The notes: generated from the letters alone by a model not told the origin. A stretch of DNA of 64,000 nucleotides from Octopus sinensis (GCF_006345805.1 NC_043001.1:103230001-103294000); one strand, 5' to 3'. Counted from the first letter of the stretch, positions 28,246 to 42,866 are shown. Numbers and translations are program-made.

Positions 28246-30519
28246 ACTCTGCCAGATTTCAATCTTCCTAGGTACTTATAACTCTCTCCTTTCAATGATT
28301 TCAATGTCTGGGCATCTGGCAATTGTGGCCTCAATAAGAGTAGAGTACTTGCAGAAAACAGCACAAATTGGAACCGCTCGAATACTCCGGAAGGTGCTCG
28401 AAAAATAAGAACAGCTGACACCGTAGAACATCTCTGACACCGTTAGAAGCTGTGCAAAGGCAATAATATTAATAAAAATAATAATAATAATAATAATAGT
28501 CATTTTAATGATGGCAACTGATATCGGCTTGTAATGTATGTCTGTATATTGGATGAGGGTGACCAACCAGAGATAATGTGATTAATTGTTTATTCTCAAC
28601 ATCCACATATTTGCAGTTAATGTATTCCACCGAATTACAGTTTGTTAGATTAAGATTTCGGTCCTCTGCTACAATGAAGAACTCTTGACTTACTTCTTTG
28701 CCAATGTTGCACATTTTCTGTGCATTTTACTTCACCGAATTTTCCACACTTCTGCCATGCAAACCTTTTCCTGCCATCTCTTTACTATGGTATTCTGTTT
28801 CATATTTCTCACAACGACCGCCTGTCATTTCAGACTCTGGTATGTATTTGTTGGCTTCCTTCAAGGCAGAAAACATTTATTTTTTGCGCTTGTTTGTATA
28901 ATGTAGCTATTTGTATAAGTTCATCATTATTCTTTACTCGATATTTTGCAATCTTACAATGGATATTTTTAACTAGTTTTCGAATGGCATAAAGTCCTGC
29001 TTCCTGGTGTTCGTCAGAAATATAATCTTTCTATGTAAGATTGTTAATAGTCTAAATTCAGTCATAATTTTCCTTCTTTCTTTTTTTTCTTTTCGCTTCT
29101 GTTGGTTTAGCTTCCGTTAGAGAATATAATTTATTACTGACAACAGTAAGTTCACCGAGTCTTCTGTCTAAAATAATCCAATACTTATCTTTCATTTGTA
29201 CGTGTAGACATTTGATTAGTCGTCACTTGGAGGCAAAATACCGGAAGATGATGAATTTCACATGACATTTATACAATATATAATCGGATGAGGTTTCTAT
29301 GAATATATAGGTTATGGAACTATTCCGGAGCTGTGACCCACAGCGGATACAGCGATAAGCTGACCAACTGGTGGTGAAAGGCAACACCAACAGTAGTTCT
29401 ATATGTGAGAGTAAGTACCATTTGATGGTTGCCTTTCTAACAAGACGTGCTAAAGAACTGAAGAGAACATCGTAGAGGCAACCGTAGTCTACAAGAACTG
29501 CTATTCTCAGGGCACCACAAGTCATATTTCTGGGAAAAAGACGAAAGAGATCGCCTCATGCTCAATTCCTGGAATCAGCCAAAAATTAACAGCCAGAAAA
29601 CCAATGGATACTTTCGTTCGTGTATAACCAATTGCTCAACTCGATCACCCTGTAGCAACGAGAAAAAGATGGCAAAGGAGCAGGGCGAGTATACTGTCGG
29701 AGTTAGAAAAACAAACTTACCCCACCAAAAGAGAACACACTTCAAGGGAAAGCAAATAAAACGAGCGAGAAGTCAATCATCCTCCACTTTTATGGAATTT
29801 TGTAGTTCTTTGCATAACAACTGCAGAATTAAGACAGGAAATACTATATGAGCCTTTTGGACGAATATAGTTCAGATTTGTGTGTAGGTGGAGCTAGTGA
29901 AAGACACGGTACTTCTAAAAGCTATCTAATGTACACTACAAAAATATATATGTCAACTATTACTAAAATATGAGACTTTGGGGCTCGAGAAATCTCAAGT
30001 ACTTAAGGACCTGAAATAGACTGTTAAGGCGATTGCTTAGAGTTTTGGTGAGTCCTGGTTTGAACTAAAGGATAGTCTCTCTTCTATGTCTGGGCGAGGT
30101 GACTTGTTTGTATTTTTAATCTAATTTATAACTACCTTAATTACATCAATGTTTTACATATTTATTTTATTCAATTTTAAATAAGTTCTATTTTTCAAAA
30201 AATATATTCCTCGCCCTCGTTCTTTGGATATAAGTAGCAGTCATTTTGTAAAACTAATTTTTCTTATCAATAGAATACGAAAAATGTAATTTTTCTCGTC
30301 AATAGATTGGCCGGTACAGTGTCAAGCAGTAATTCGTTTTGAATCTTTGACGTCCTCAATTCGCTGAGGTCATATTTGTCTTTCATCTTTTATGGAGTTG
30401 ACAGAAGGAGTAACGAGATCCATTGACCAACTCTGACATCCCATATTTCAAAATCCTCGAGCGTATATTAGAAGCAGGTATTATGGGGGATAGCTTATCT
30501 TTTGTCATTTACTTGGTTC

Positions 30520-31170
30520 AGTCATTAGCATGTGGCCAGTCGAGTACTGGAGTCGATATGATCAACTCTCCTCCCCCACCCACAAAATTCAGGCTTTGTG
30601 CCTATAGTAGAAAATAGTATTATCATTATTGTTAAGGCCGTGAGCTCGCAGAACCGTTAGCACACCGAATGAAGTGCTTAGCAGTATTTCTCCCGTCGCG
30701 ACGTTCTGTGTTCAAATTCCGCCACGGTCGTCTTTGCCTTTTATCCATTCAGTGTCGATAAATGAAGTACCAGTTGCGTACTGGGGTCGATGTAATCGAC
30801 ACCGTCCTGGATCAAGCGTAGACCAGTAAAATAAAGTACCGGTGAAGTACTGAAGTCAAAATAATCGACTAATTTTTCCTTTCAAAGTCGCTGGACTTGC
30901 ACTTACATTAGACACCATTGTTAAGGCAGCGAGCTAGCAGAAACGTTAGCACGCCGGGCAAAATGCTTAGCAGTATTTCGTCTGCCGCTACGTTCTGAGT
31001 TCAAATTCCGCCGAGGTCGACACAAGGCCTGAAAATTTGGGGCAGAGGACTGGTTGATCCCATCGCCTCCAATACTCAGCTGGTACTTGGTTTATCGACC
31101 CCGAAAGGATGAAAGGCAACGTCGACCTCAGCGGAGTTTGATCTCAGACCATCATTAAGACAGATGGACG
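30520..31170. mobile_element. Cluster of OR-like SINEs in both orientations
   Basis: Multiple GCAGAAACGTTAGCAC...TTCAAATTCCGCCG copies. Confidence 0.72.
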
Positions 31171-33019
31171 AAATACTGCTAAGCATTTTGCCCGGCGCGC
31201 TAACGATTCTGCCTGCACGCCGCCAAGTCATTAACAGATCCGTCGGTGGCAGACATCATTTCAGGAAGAAATCGAAAATTCTTCGCCGCTCAATAAACAA
31301 AACGATTTGAAGACAAATGACAAATGTGAACATCCGCCATCAAGGTTAGCTCCTATACTGTGTCCATACTTCAATTTATTCTATTTATTTTTGGTATCTC
31401 TTGCAAATTTCCCAAATTCCTGAAATACATCGCCCTGGACATACTTCGATATATAATCATTCATTGGTGTCCATTTTCTAATGCGTTGTATCAATGAAAT
31501 GCCCGCCTTTCAACTGGCCCTTTTTCTCCACCCATTTCCTATGACCATATTGAGAGTGTAAAACTAAAACGATTGGCCAGGGAAGTTGGTCATGGACTGC
31601 GTTATTTTCCCTCCTTAAAAATCATATTTTAATCAATAAATACACACATTTCTAGTAGAAACAGTATACCAAAATCTATAGTATTGTGAACGAGAGCATT
31701 TATTATTAAAATCTCTCCTCCTGAATTCAACGTGTTTTTGTTGCTGTCCGATTTTTCTCAGAATTCGCCCCTGAATAACTAAAACGTATTATATCATGTT
31801 GACATGATCTCTGATTTTCTTGGAAAAGATAGTAATTATCCTCGATACAGTAGCATAATACGAGTGATGTTGTTGCTTAGGCTGCTTGTTGATTTTCTCT
31901 GTACGCTGTGTTGGATTGGTCGATTGGTCTGCTCAAATGTCTCTTAATTGCCCAACAACATAACCTTGAATAGAGGAAAATAGAACAGCAATTCAAAAGT
32001 AAACATATCGGTCCATTAATTTATGCAAACACCGAAACTGAAAGGCAAAAAGAAAAAAAGTAGTGATGTAGTAACACAATATTGGGAAATGATTCAATGA
32101 GTCTATATTGAGATATATTATAATATCTCAAAATAGACTGAGAAATAATGAATGACGCATTGACAGCTTGATATGAAGTTCATTTGGCAACCACGAGGTG
32201 CCGAGTTCGATTCCGCTGTATGCCATCTTGAACCAGTGTTTTTTTAGCAGAGGCTCGGGTGAACCCAAATCTTGTGAATTAAAATGCGTAGACGGAAGTT
32301 TTAAATTCTGCTGAAGTCGTCTTTGCCTTTCATCCTTTTGGTGGTCGATATAATGAATACCAGTGGATGATTGGGTTCGATTTAATCGATTTGGCGCCTC
32401 TCCTGAACTTGTTGGCCTTGTGCCAAAGTCTGAAGTCAATATAACTTTTTGGAAACACATTGGTTGTCAGTGAGCGAAACGAGCGTTTGTCACCCGATTT
32501 GAGGGCAATGTGATCCTTGTTTTATGACCTCCATCCCGGAAAGTGGTTGAAGGAATGACCAGAGTCTGAGCAATAGCAACAGCAACAACAACAACAAGCA
32601 ACGCTTGTGATATCTTTTTCTCTTTTATTTTTTACTTGTTTCAGCCAAAAGACTGCGGTCATGCTGCAGCACCTTCTTAAAGCACTCTTAGTCGACTTAA
32701 TTTTTTAAAGCTTGGTACTTTTTCTATGGATCTCTTGCCGAACCGCTAAGTTACTGATACGTAAACATACCAAAACCGATTACCAAACGGTGATAGAGGA
32801 CAAACACGGATACAAATGTGTGTGCGTGTGTGTGTGCGTGTGTGTGTGCGTGTGTGTGTATGTAAAAAGGTTGAATTAAATTTCGTCCTTTAATTTGGAG
32901 AATTCCAAAAATGATTTCTAACATAGTTTCTTCATATTTTGCTGGTAGATTACTGGTGTAAGTTTGCGAATATGAAAATAATATTCGTCGTCGTCGTGGT
33001 GTTTGTGGCAGAGTTGTCC

Positions 33020-33063
<44 letters not shown>

Positions 33064-33534
33064 TGACTGTGAAGCTGTCGTCTGGGTTCTTCCAATTCTT
33101 CGTGTGTCGGCGGAGTTGGCGTCCATGCTCACACCTGCACCTGTGTTGCTTCTCCCCCTCCTTCCCTCCTTCATGAAGCTGTGGGGAAGGCAGGGTAGGG
33201 AAATCAACGTCGTAAGCGTTGTCAAGGAGACCATCGTTCTTCTCGACAACGACTTCATGGCTTTGAAGTCGCCATTCTCAAAACAGAAAATGGCTTGGAA
33301 AGCCGAAGACGAATTTACAAAATCGGGAAACACGCCACACAGGGCAGGTTTCCCGTGCAAAGAATTTGCACAACCGAATGTATTTATTAGTTGTTGCACA
33401 ACTTTTACATAAAAATATTATCCAAGCTTTTGAAGGCAATAAAAGGCAAACTTACTACGAGATAGATAGATATGTTTCTTTATTAGCCACACAAGGCTGC
33501 ACACAGACGGGAGAGATTACAAAGTAGAGCTCGT

Positions 33535-33573
33535 AGATAGATAGATAGATAGATAGATTGATAGATAGATAGG

Positions 33574-33609
<36 letters not shown>

Positions 33610-33682
33610 CAGACTGACAGACAGACATACAGATAGGTAGACAGACAGACAGACAGACAGACAGATAGACAGACAGACAGAC

Positions 33683-33732
<50 letters not shown>
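33535..33732. repeat. (GATA)n/(GACA)n microsatellite
   Basis: Direct reading. Confidence 0.97.
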
Positions 33733-33733
<1 letters not shown>

Positions 33734-34351
33734 AAAAGAAAGATATGGCCGGTCTATGGGTTACTCTAGGTTTCATGTCCATAAAGTGCTCAGCTCTACA
33801 GCGTTTCTTCAGAACCTAAATCCGTTGGCATCAAACAAGTGACATCTCTAGAAAATGGAGGAGGAAAAGACTTCGTTACTCTACCCAACAACAAGAGATT
33901 ATCTCCTTTTGACAATTTCCTTGCACTGGAATGGAACAAAAACGCAATAGTGGGGATTAAAACGTTCGGACAGATAGATGACACAAAGAGAAACAACAAT
34001 TAGAAGGACAGGCAAAAAAGACCGGTCATTCTTGGCTTTCTTTCATCAGTCAAGTACCAGAAGTCACGGCCATTTCGGAGAGTTACACTCGAGATGGTTC
34101 GATTTGGTTGTCTCCAAAAAAAGTCTAAGCTAAGAGCATTAGACCCCTTTCTAAGAAAGCTAGCGAATGTATACGGCAACAAAGAAACCCCCCCCCACCA
34201 AAAAATAAATAAAAGGAGAACATGGTACAGAATTACTAATACAAACAACAAGAACTAACAACAGGCGTCTTTCGACTGAGAACGATTCAAATTGAGCTGG
34301 CGTGTATGGAGTGAAAGCCTAAAGGCAGGAACATGGAAGATGGACAAATGT

Positions 34352-34420
<69 letters not shown>

Positions 34421-34539
34421 TGTGTGTGTGTGCGTGTGCGTGTGTGTGTGTGTGTGTGTACGTGTGTATCTTAAGCTTACTTCTGTGCTGTTTCCACCTC
34501 CATCTTATATATATATATATTTATATATATATATACACG

Positions 34540-35245
34540 ATGGTGGGGGGAGCTTCTTTCAGTTTCCGTCACCAAATCCACTGGCAAGGGTTTGCTCGGC
34601 CCGTGGCTATAGTAGAAGACATTTTCCCCTGTGTGTCACACAATGGGACTGAACCTGGAGCCATGCGGTTGGGAAGCAAACGTCTTACCACTCAGCCTCG
34701 TCAGAATTTTAAAAATTTGAACGTCTCTCCTCGACGGCGTTTGATGCTCCACCGGTTTATAATTGACCCCAAAAGTTTCAGACGATGGGGGTTTAGGGAA
34801 GTCATTTCGATCGAATACCAATCAATCAGCTGTTATTATTTTTTGACCATGAAAGAATGAAATCAAAGTGGCTGCGAGGTAAAAAGCTTGTATCACAACC
34901 ACATGGTTCCGGGTTCAGTCCCACTGCGTGGCAACTTGAGCAAGTGTCTTCTACTATAACCTCAGACCGACCAAAGCCTTGTGAGTGGATTTGGTAGATG
35001 GAAACGGAAAGACGCCTGTCGTATATATGTATATGTCTGTGTCTGTGTTTGTCCCCCAAACCACTGTTTGAAACCGATGTTGGTGTGTTTACGTCCTCGT
35101 AACTTAACAGTTCAGTAAAAGAGACCGATAGAATAAGTACTAGGTTTACAAAGAATAAGTTGTGGGGTCATTTGTTCGACTAAAAGCGGTGCCCCAGCAT
35201 GGCCGCAGTCAAAGGACTGAAACAAGTAAAGGAATAAAAGAATGA
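34540..35245. mobile_element. Pair of OK-like SINEs
   Basis: Same family core as 16268-16775, in opposite orientations. Confidence 0.68.
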
Positions 35246-35510
35246 GCGAAATTCGAACTGGGCAGGTTCAGGTAAGCTGACCATATGCTGGAACCAGTTT
35301 TTAGGGGTCAATCTCTCGGCCCTCAACTTTCGGTCCTCGGCCCACCCACTAATCCACCGTTTGATTCCATGACATTACAATTAACATGCAAATTGAGCGA
35401 TATTTAGAATGAAAAACATGAATTATTCATTTATAGATAAAAACCATTCCGCGTTGTTTTGCTCGTATATCCGGCTGCGCAGTTTAGCATAGTGCTTGTG
35501 TGTGTGTGTG

Positions 35511-35556
<46 letters not shown>

Positions 35557-35735
35557 GCGCGTGCGAGCGTGTGTTTTCATATACATATATACATACAAAC
35601 ATGCATGAATGTATGTGCGAGCATATATTTATATACATACATACATAGAAACATGTATATGCGTGTATATGTGTGTATGTGCAGGTGCGTTTATAGACAT
35701 ACGCACTCACACATGTATGTCTGTGCGTATGTGTA

Positions 35736-37029
35736 CGAGGGGCGTTCAATAAGTAATGCCCCTGACCCACTTCCCATATCAGTAGAGCAACGAAACTTGG
35801 CACAGTCATTAGTCTTTTTCTACATAGGAACCACCCAGAGTTACGCATTTCTCCCATCGTTTGATGCAGCTCTGGAGACCGTTTTTGTAGAAGACCCCAG
35901 CTTGGTCCTCCAACCAGGACGTGACTTCAGAAATCAAGGCAGCATCATCTGGGAAACGCTTTCCTTTCAAAAACAACTTAATGGCTGGGAAGAGGTGAAA
36001 ATCAGAGGGTGCAAGGTCAGGAGAGTAGGAGGGATGGGGGAAGAGTTCATAGCCGCACGCCTGTGCTTCTGATCTGGCGACGCGCGAGTTGTGGACCGGA
36101 GCGTTCTCCTGCAGGAGGATGATGCCTTTGCTGATCTTGCCCCGCCTCTTGATTTTGATAGCTTCTCTTAATTTCCTTAAAAGTGAAGCATAATAGGCTC
36201 CTGTAATTGTGGTACCCTTTGCCAGGAAATCTGTCATCACTACTCCGTCCTGGTTCCTGAAGATTGTGAGCATGACCTTGCCAGCGGAGGGCTGCACCCT
36301 TGCCTTCTTTGGAGGAGATGAGTCACGGTGCTTCCACTGCATTGACGGGGCTTTGGTCTCTGGATCATAGTGATGGACCCAGGTTTCATCCTGTGTAATC
36401 AGTCTTTTGAAAAAATTTGACTCATCTTCTTGGCATATCTCCAAATTCATCCTCGCGAACTCGACGAGTTCTTGCTTCTGGAAAGGTGTGAGCAACCTGG
36501 GAATCCATCTGGCAGACACCTTTTGCATATGCAAATGGTCATGAATGATAGTTTCCACAGACCCGGTACTAATCTTGACCTCATGGGCTATTTGGCGAAT
36601 AGTTATGCGTCGATCTTCCAAAATGGCAGCCTCAACTTGACGGACAGATGCCTCATCAATGGCAGAAGGGGGGGCAACCAGATCTGGGAGCTGTTTCCAC
36701 AGAGTTCCGATCATGTTTGAATTCACGATGCCAGCATTTTACAAGGTCATATGATGGGGCATCATCACCATAAGTTACTTTCATTTCATCAAAAGTCTTC
36801 CGTGGTGTGCATCCTTTCAAATACAAAAACCAGATCACTGTTCGACACTCAACAGGCTCCATTTCACACTTGATTCAGTTCAAACACCTGTAAATCAGAA
36901 ACCACAATTAGTTCAGAGCTGCTATTTGCCACTTAATCTATAGAGATATAAATAATTGCACATGCAAAATTTCAGCTAGATCAAACAACTGCAAGTGGGT
37001 CAGGGGCATTACTTAATGAACGTCCCTCG
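35736..37029 (-). mobile_element. Full-length mariner transposon (1,294 bp), frameshifted transposase
   Basis: TIRs CGAGGGGCGTTCAATAAGTAATGCCCCTGACCCAC with flanking TA. ORFs 36656-36862 and 35809-36726 carry WIPRLL, TQDETW, QENAPVH and YSPDLAPSDF. Confidence 0.93.
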
Positions 37030-37750
37030 TACGTGTGAGCATGTGTGTAATTCATACATGAATGTTCTTGTAAAGAATGTGTAAGTATGGGTGTACACTC
37101 CTCGCTAGAATGTTCTTTTGTGTGTGTGCATGTGCGTGTGTATGCGTGTATGTGAGCGCGTGTGTGTGTGTGTGGCCGTGTGCGTAAACATGGAATGGAT
37201 GAACTTGTTTAACAACATGATGCAGATTCATTGATAGACATGGTTAGAATATCAGAGAGTGTTATGCTAACCTAATTCGCGAAGCTGTGTAAGCGATCAA
37301 CGCATGTTTCTTGTTTTTGTGAACGAAATACCCTTCGCTTCTTCTTCTGATCTTGCAAACGGACAACCGTTCGATATGTCGATCTCTTTCCTTCTTCTTT
37401 AACAATCTAATACAATGAGTTTGTAGTTCACCGGTTTTGTTTGTTTTTTTTCGATTTTTATCGAGTAATTTTTCTCCAGACATATATTTACTGTGCTGAA
37501 GCAGACCAAATCTGGATAACACCGATATAGAATGGCGACAAGACTCCAGCTGTTTTTACCAGCCGTTTCTCATTCCCATTTGCTTATGTATTTGCTTTGT
37601 TTGTTCTTCTCTTCCAGATTTTATACAAACGAAATTTTTGCTAATTACGTTGAAGTAATAAATATCAAAAAAATCTTCTGCAAGATCGGAATTGATTGAA
37701 GTAAACTGGAATGTGATGAAGTATCCAGTCCAACGGGCTTAAATACTTAC

Positions 37751-37848
37751 CAGGAGGACCAACCTTTTTTGAATAGTGGAAGGACACCTTGATAAGGTAG
37801 TAGTGATTGCGAGATCGATATACAACACTTTTGATCGGTAGCGTTGAT
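37751..37848 (-). other. Candidate internal exon of an unidentified host gene (98 bp)
   Basis: Minus strand TGTTTTGTCCAG|...|GTAAGT, non-repetitive, open in all three frames. Confidence 0.3.
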
Positions 37849-39168
37849 CTGGACAAAACAATAACGACGACGATAACAACAACAGCAGCAGCATCAGTGG
37901 AGGCGCAATGGCCCAGTGGTTAGGGCAGCGGACTCACGGTCGGAGGATCGTGGTTTCTATTCCCAGACCGGGCGTTGTGTGTGTTTATTGAGCGAAAACA
38001 CCTAAAGCTCCACGAGGCTCCGGCAGGGGGTGGTGGCGACCCCTGTTGTACTCTTTCGTTCCAACGTTCTCTCACTCTTTCTTCCTGTTTCTTGTCGTCG
38101 ACTTCCTACGCAACCGCTGAGCCTGGATGCGCATTCATCCATCCGGCGATGCTCTCGGTGTCGGGGGTTGACCTGCTTTCTCTTCTGCGGGTCTTACGAA
38201 TAGCAAAGGACCACGTTTCGGACTTCTCCCAAGGACGAAGACCACTTCGCTTAACAAACAAACAAAGCAGCAGCATCAACTTCTTTACCTGCAATCCCAC
38301 GTAGGAAGTTCTACATTCTAGATCAATCATTTAGAAATTGTAGGCAGATCTCTCTCAAATAAAACTTTGAAAAGGAAGTATATATCGGATAGTAAAGTCT
38401 TAAAATACTTTGAAATTAGATGAAATGGCCACTGTTGGATAACTTTTGATCATAGGTATGCTGGACAAGAGCTACCCGAAGCTAAACAACATCTGTACCA
38501 TTTTCTTTCCCAAGAGATAAATGTATAATATCAATAAACCATACATAAGCAAATGGGAATGAAATAATTTCTCTTGGCAATTCACGATTGTTTTTCTGAA
38601 TTCCTTAAATGGAATGATCACTGTTATAATCGTACTAGACGCTTGTGGAATTGTGTGGCCAAAAGAGAAGACAAAATACCATTTTCAAGCTTCCGAAGCT
38701 GTAAATATGACAAATATAATGAAATAAATATTAAGTTTGAAATATCAAGAGTCAATTCTGCTGGTTATGGTATTTTACTTCCAACAAATTCTATCGAAGA
38801 ATAATTCACTCAATTTAATTTTGTTGCTGATGGTTCCCCCTACACACATCTCTTGCTTTTTTTTTTCCTGCAAGTGAAACTTGGATTCGAACCAAATTCC
38901 GTTATTTCAAATAAATGATTAAATTAGAATAACGAAATTTACGAAAGTTGAATAATGCGAAGAGTGAAAACTGGTTTCGTTTAGGGGCTGAAATGACGAG
39001 GGAACCGATAATCGATATTACATTTGGTGACTTTGTATTGATCACTTTTACGGTTAACATGTCTTGCGGGTGTTCAACATCCACGTGCGCAGCTACATAT
39101 GTATATATATATATACACTACTTCCTTGTGTAGATACGCACTTACATAAACACACACATACATATATG

Positions 39169-39241
<73 letters not shown>

Positions 39242-40549
39242 TCGAATATAATTGTTTTGTCACTTCAGCCTCTAATCGATACCAATTTTCAATCTCTACA
39301 TTCTTCTTCGAAAATGACTTCCTGCTAAATTGGTCATTTCCTTTAAGTACCGGTTGCTAGTTCGAATCTATCATCTTCGTGTCACCGTCAACAAAACTGA
39401 AAGATATGAAGCCTTTTTCGATGGAAATTATTGAAGAGACATAACAGCTAATATCTTAAATTGAATGAATAATTAGCTTATAGTCATACATCCAGGCATA
39501 TACACAGCATTTTAAAATTATTAACGACGTAATATTCCTTTTAACTTTATTTAAAAACTACACGTTGAAATTCAATGAAATTTCCACAGAATGATGGCAA
39601 CACTTATATGTGCGTGGTGCGTAACAAACGTGAGGTTTTTAGCAAGTGTAAACAAGCCGCGGCCATTTGCATGATGTCCTCGAACTTTCAATGATCCAAA
39701 TTATTAACGAGGGGTCGGGTAATCGTGTAATTATTGATAGTAAATATGACTTAATTGCTTCAGAAAAAAACTGTTATTACTTCTGAACTTTTAAAAGGTA
39801 AATCAACATAAAAATATCTAAAATAACACTGAGTAACACAAGAGTTGCTTCTCGAAATGTTTTTAGTGTTCCTAAGGTAAAGTTTTTCTCCTGATTTCAA
39901 AACTACCCTAAACAATTGCATAGCATTGATAGTTCAGGAGATAATTGCAGTTTTCTAGAGAATGAGAACAAAATTTAGCTGCGATAGTACTTTATTCAAC
40001 TTATTCACATGGTATATTAATAGGAACTAAAATATTTGTCCTAATATTTATTTTTAAACTAATCTCAACTAACAGCTGTTTCTGTTAGCACGATTCCCAG
40101 TCGTAGCCACCACAATAATAATAATAGTTAATTAATTAAACCTATTTGAATCGCGGAATTTCATCAGATCGGAAAAGCAAATAAAAGAAAAAAGAAAAAG
40201 GAGCAAGCGAGAAAACGGTGATAATTAATTCGTGCTACATGCTGTCCCAGTGGGGAACTTTCGACCGACAAGAATTTAGAAATAGAATTGGGATATCTAT
40301 AAGATTTAATGGCCCATTCCTATATACGAGGGAAGGCGTGGATTAAACATAAAATAACTATATGAGCAATTTGGCTAGGTCAAAAAATAAAAATAAAACG
40401 TAAGAAATATAATTAAAAATACCGGTAGTTATAGTAGTAAATAATGACAGGTGACTATGATCTATTATTTATTGATTTCGTATGTATTTTACTTATTATT
40501 GTATGTAGGCAGAATACCTGAAACAACCCCGGGTCCAGAGTAGGAATGG

Positions 40550-40670
40550 TCTGGACAGTAAGAGGATACTATTGGTCAGTTAATTTTTAAAAACAAAAGG
40601 ATGGCCATTAAGAAACCGTAAATCAATGGAGCAAATGGACAGTTGCTGTTTTTGCAACTTTAATAATAAA

Positions 40671-40714
<44 letters not shown>

Positions 40715-40823
40715 TTTGTCATTAAAGCTGAAAAATCAGCAAATGTCCATTTATGATTTTGTTAATGGCCATCTTTTTGTTTTTAAAAATTAACTGACCA
40801 ATAGTATCCTCTTACTGTCCAGA
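40550..40823. repeat. Foldback/MITE-like element with a (TA)n centre
   Basis: ~120-bp imperfect inverted arms starting TCTGGACAGTAAGAGGATACTATTGGTCAG. Confidence 0.75.
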
Positions 40824-40833
40824 AAGAGGATCC

Positions 40834-40860
<27 letters not shown>

Positions 40861-40864
<4 letters not shown>

Positions 40865-41677
40865 TACCTATCTTGGCTCTACCGTCACCTACAACCTATC
40901 CTTTGACGCTGAGCTCAATATACGCATTGGCAAGGCAGCTGCTGCGATGGCCTAACTCTCCAAACGGGCTTGGGACAACAATAAGCTGACCAAGACCACG
41001 AAAATGATCTACCAGGCATGTGTACTTAGCACTCTACTGTATGGAAGTGAGACTTGGACGCTATACACACGCCAAGAGCGTCGCCTAAACATCTTTCACC
41101 TGCGCTGCCTCCGGAAAATCCTCCGCATCAAATGGCAGAATCATATCCCCAACAAAGATGTCCTCAGGCAAGCAGGAATACCAAGCATGTTTGCACTCCT
41201 CACACAAAGACGTATGAGATGGCTTGGGCATGTTAGCAGTATGAAAGATGGCAGAATCCCCAAGGACATACTCTACGGAGAGCTTGCTAGGGGTACTAGG
41301 TCTGTGGGTAGACCGTTCTTACGTTACAAGGATGTTTGCAAAAGGGACATGAAGGCCTGCAACATCAACATTAGCGGTTGGGAGGCAGTTGCCGGCAACC
41401 GTGGAGACTGGCGACGTACCGTAAAAGAGGGAATACAAAGGAGTGACAGAGAGTGAGAGGAGAAATGGAAAGACAAGAAAAGACGTCAACAAGAAACTAT
41501 GGCATTACAACCAGCCAGGAACAGTCTTCGCTACATTTGCGGTACCTGCCAGAGGGAGTGTTTGTCCAGGATAGGACTACACAGCCACAGCAGGAAGTGT
41601 ATCTGGACATGAAATGTAAAAGCCGGACTAGACTACTTTATGCGCAACTCCATTGTCTACCGAGACAAAAAGGATGC

Positions 41678-41688
<11 letters not shown>
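40861..41688 (+). mobile_element. 5'-truncated RTE (BovB-like) LINE 3' end
   Basis: FTYLGS, YQACVLSTLLYGSETW, RRMRWLGHV..M...RIPK..LYGEL and GRP..RYKD; ends in a (CAA)n tail. Confidence 0.88.
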
Positions 41689-41746
<58 letters not shown>

Positions 41747-41752
<6 letters not shown>

Positions 41753-42859
41753 AAATATAAGAGAATGGTCACTATGTGGCTCATTCTAGCACTAGAAAAT
41801 CCAAAAGGTTTCAACCACAAAAATACATGTTTCCCGTGAAAGTCAGTACGATTGTTAGCTCACACGAACAGGGCAAATAAAAAATAACAAAAATACAGAT
41901 TATTTTGGGACAATTGTTTCGCTATTAATGAATTAAATGTAATTTTACTTACAAAAAACCCACTTGTAGCTCCTCGGCCAAAACTATCTGGATGAAATCC
42001 ACTCAATCACACGCCAGATTTTACCATAACGATAAATACACGTGTGGTTCAATTGATTACATCCGACGTTATAATTCAAATGCCCCTACTAACAGCGCGC
42101 CAAACTTTCATGGAAACAAATACTACATTTAGAAATAAATGTAGCATAATTATAATTAATTAATAAGGGTGAGAGAATTAGATACTAATTTAATAGTATA
42201 TCTATTCAACACCAAGTGGCCCAGTGCTTCGAGAAACCTGGATTATTATAATATTTTATTATATATTATAATATTTTAATAGATATACTATTAAATTAGT
42301 ATCTAATTCTCTCACCCTTATTAATTAATTATAATTATGCTACATTTATTTCTAAATGTAGTATTTGTTTCCATGAAAGTTTGGCGCGCTGTTAGTAGGG
42401 GCATTTGAATTATAACGTCGGATGTAATCAATTGAACCACACGTGTATTTATCGTTATGGTAAAATCTGGCGTGTGATTGAGTGGATTTCATCCAGATAG
42501 TTTTGGCCGAGGAGCTACAAGTGGGTTTTTTGTAAGTAAAATTACATTTAATTCATTAATAGCGAAACAATTGTCCCAAAATAATCTGTATTTTTGTTAT
42601 TTTTTATTTGCCCTGTTCGTGTGAGCTAACAATCGTACTGACTTTCACGGGAAACATGTATTTTTGTGGTTGAAACCTTTTGGATTTTCTAGTGCTAGAA
42701 TGAGCCACATAGTGACCATTCTCTTATATTTATTTTTGTATAAAATATTATAATATATAATAAAATATTATAATAATCCAGGTTTCTCGAAGCACTGGGC
42801 CACTTGGTGTTGAATAGATATACTATTAAATTAGTATCTAATTCTCTCACCCTTATTAA

Positions 42860-42866
<7 letters not shown>
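41747..42866. repeat. Long inverted repeat (~460-bp arms) with a duplicated inverted spacer
   Basis: A(41747-42206), B(42207-42277), rcA(42278-42737), rcB(42741-42812), partial rcA(42813-42866). Confidence 0.88.

Noticed and set aside
29250-30060. Possible decayed DIRS/tyrosine-recombinase element
   Set aside because: Only a vague resemblance; no diagnostic motif could be read with confidence.
42630-42670. CTGA...GAAACATGTA hammerhead-like string
   Set aside because: Lacks CUGANGA and a stem I pairing.
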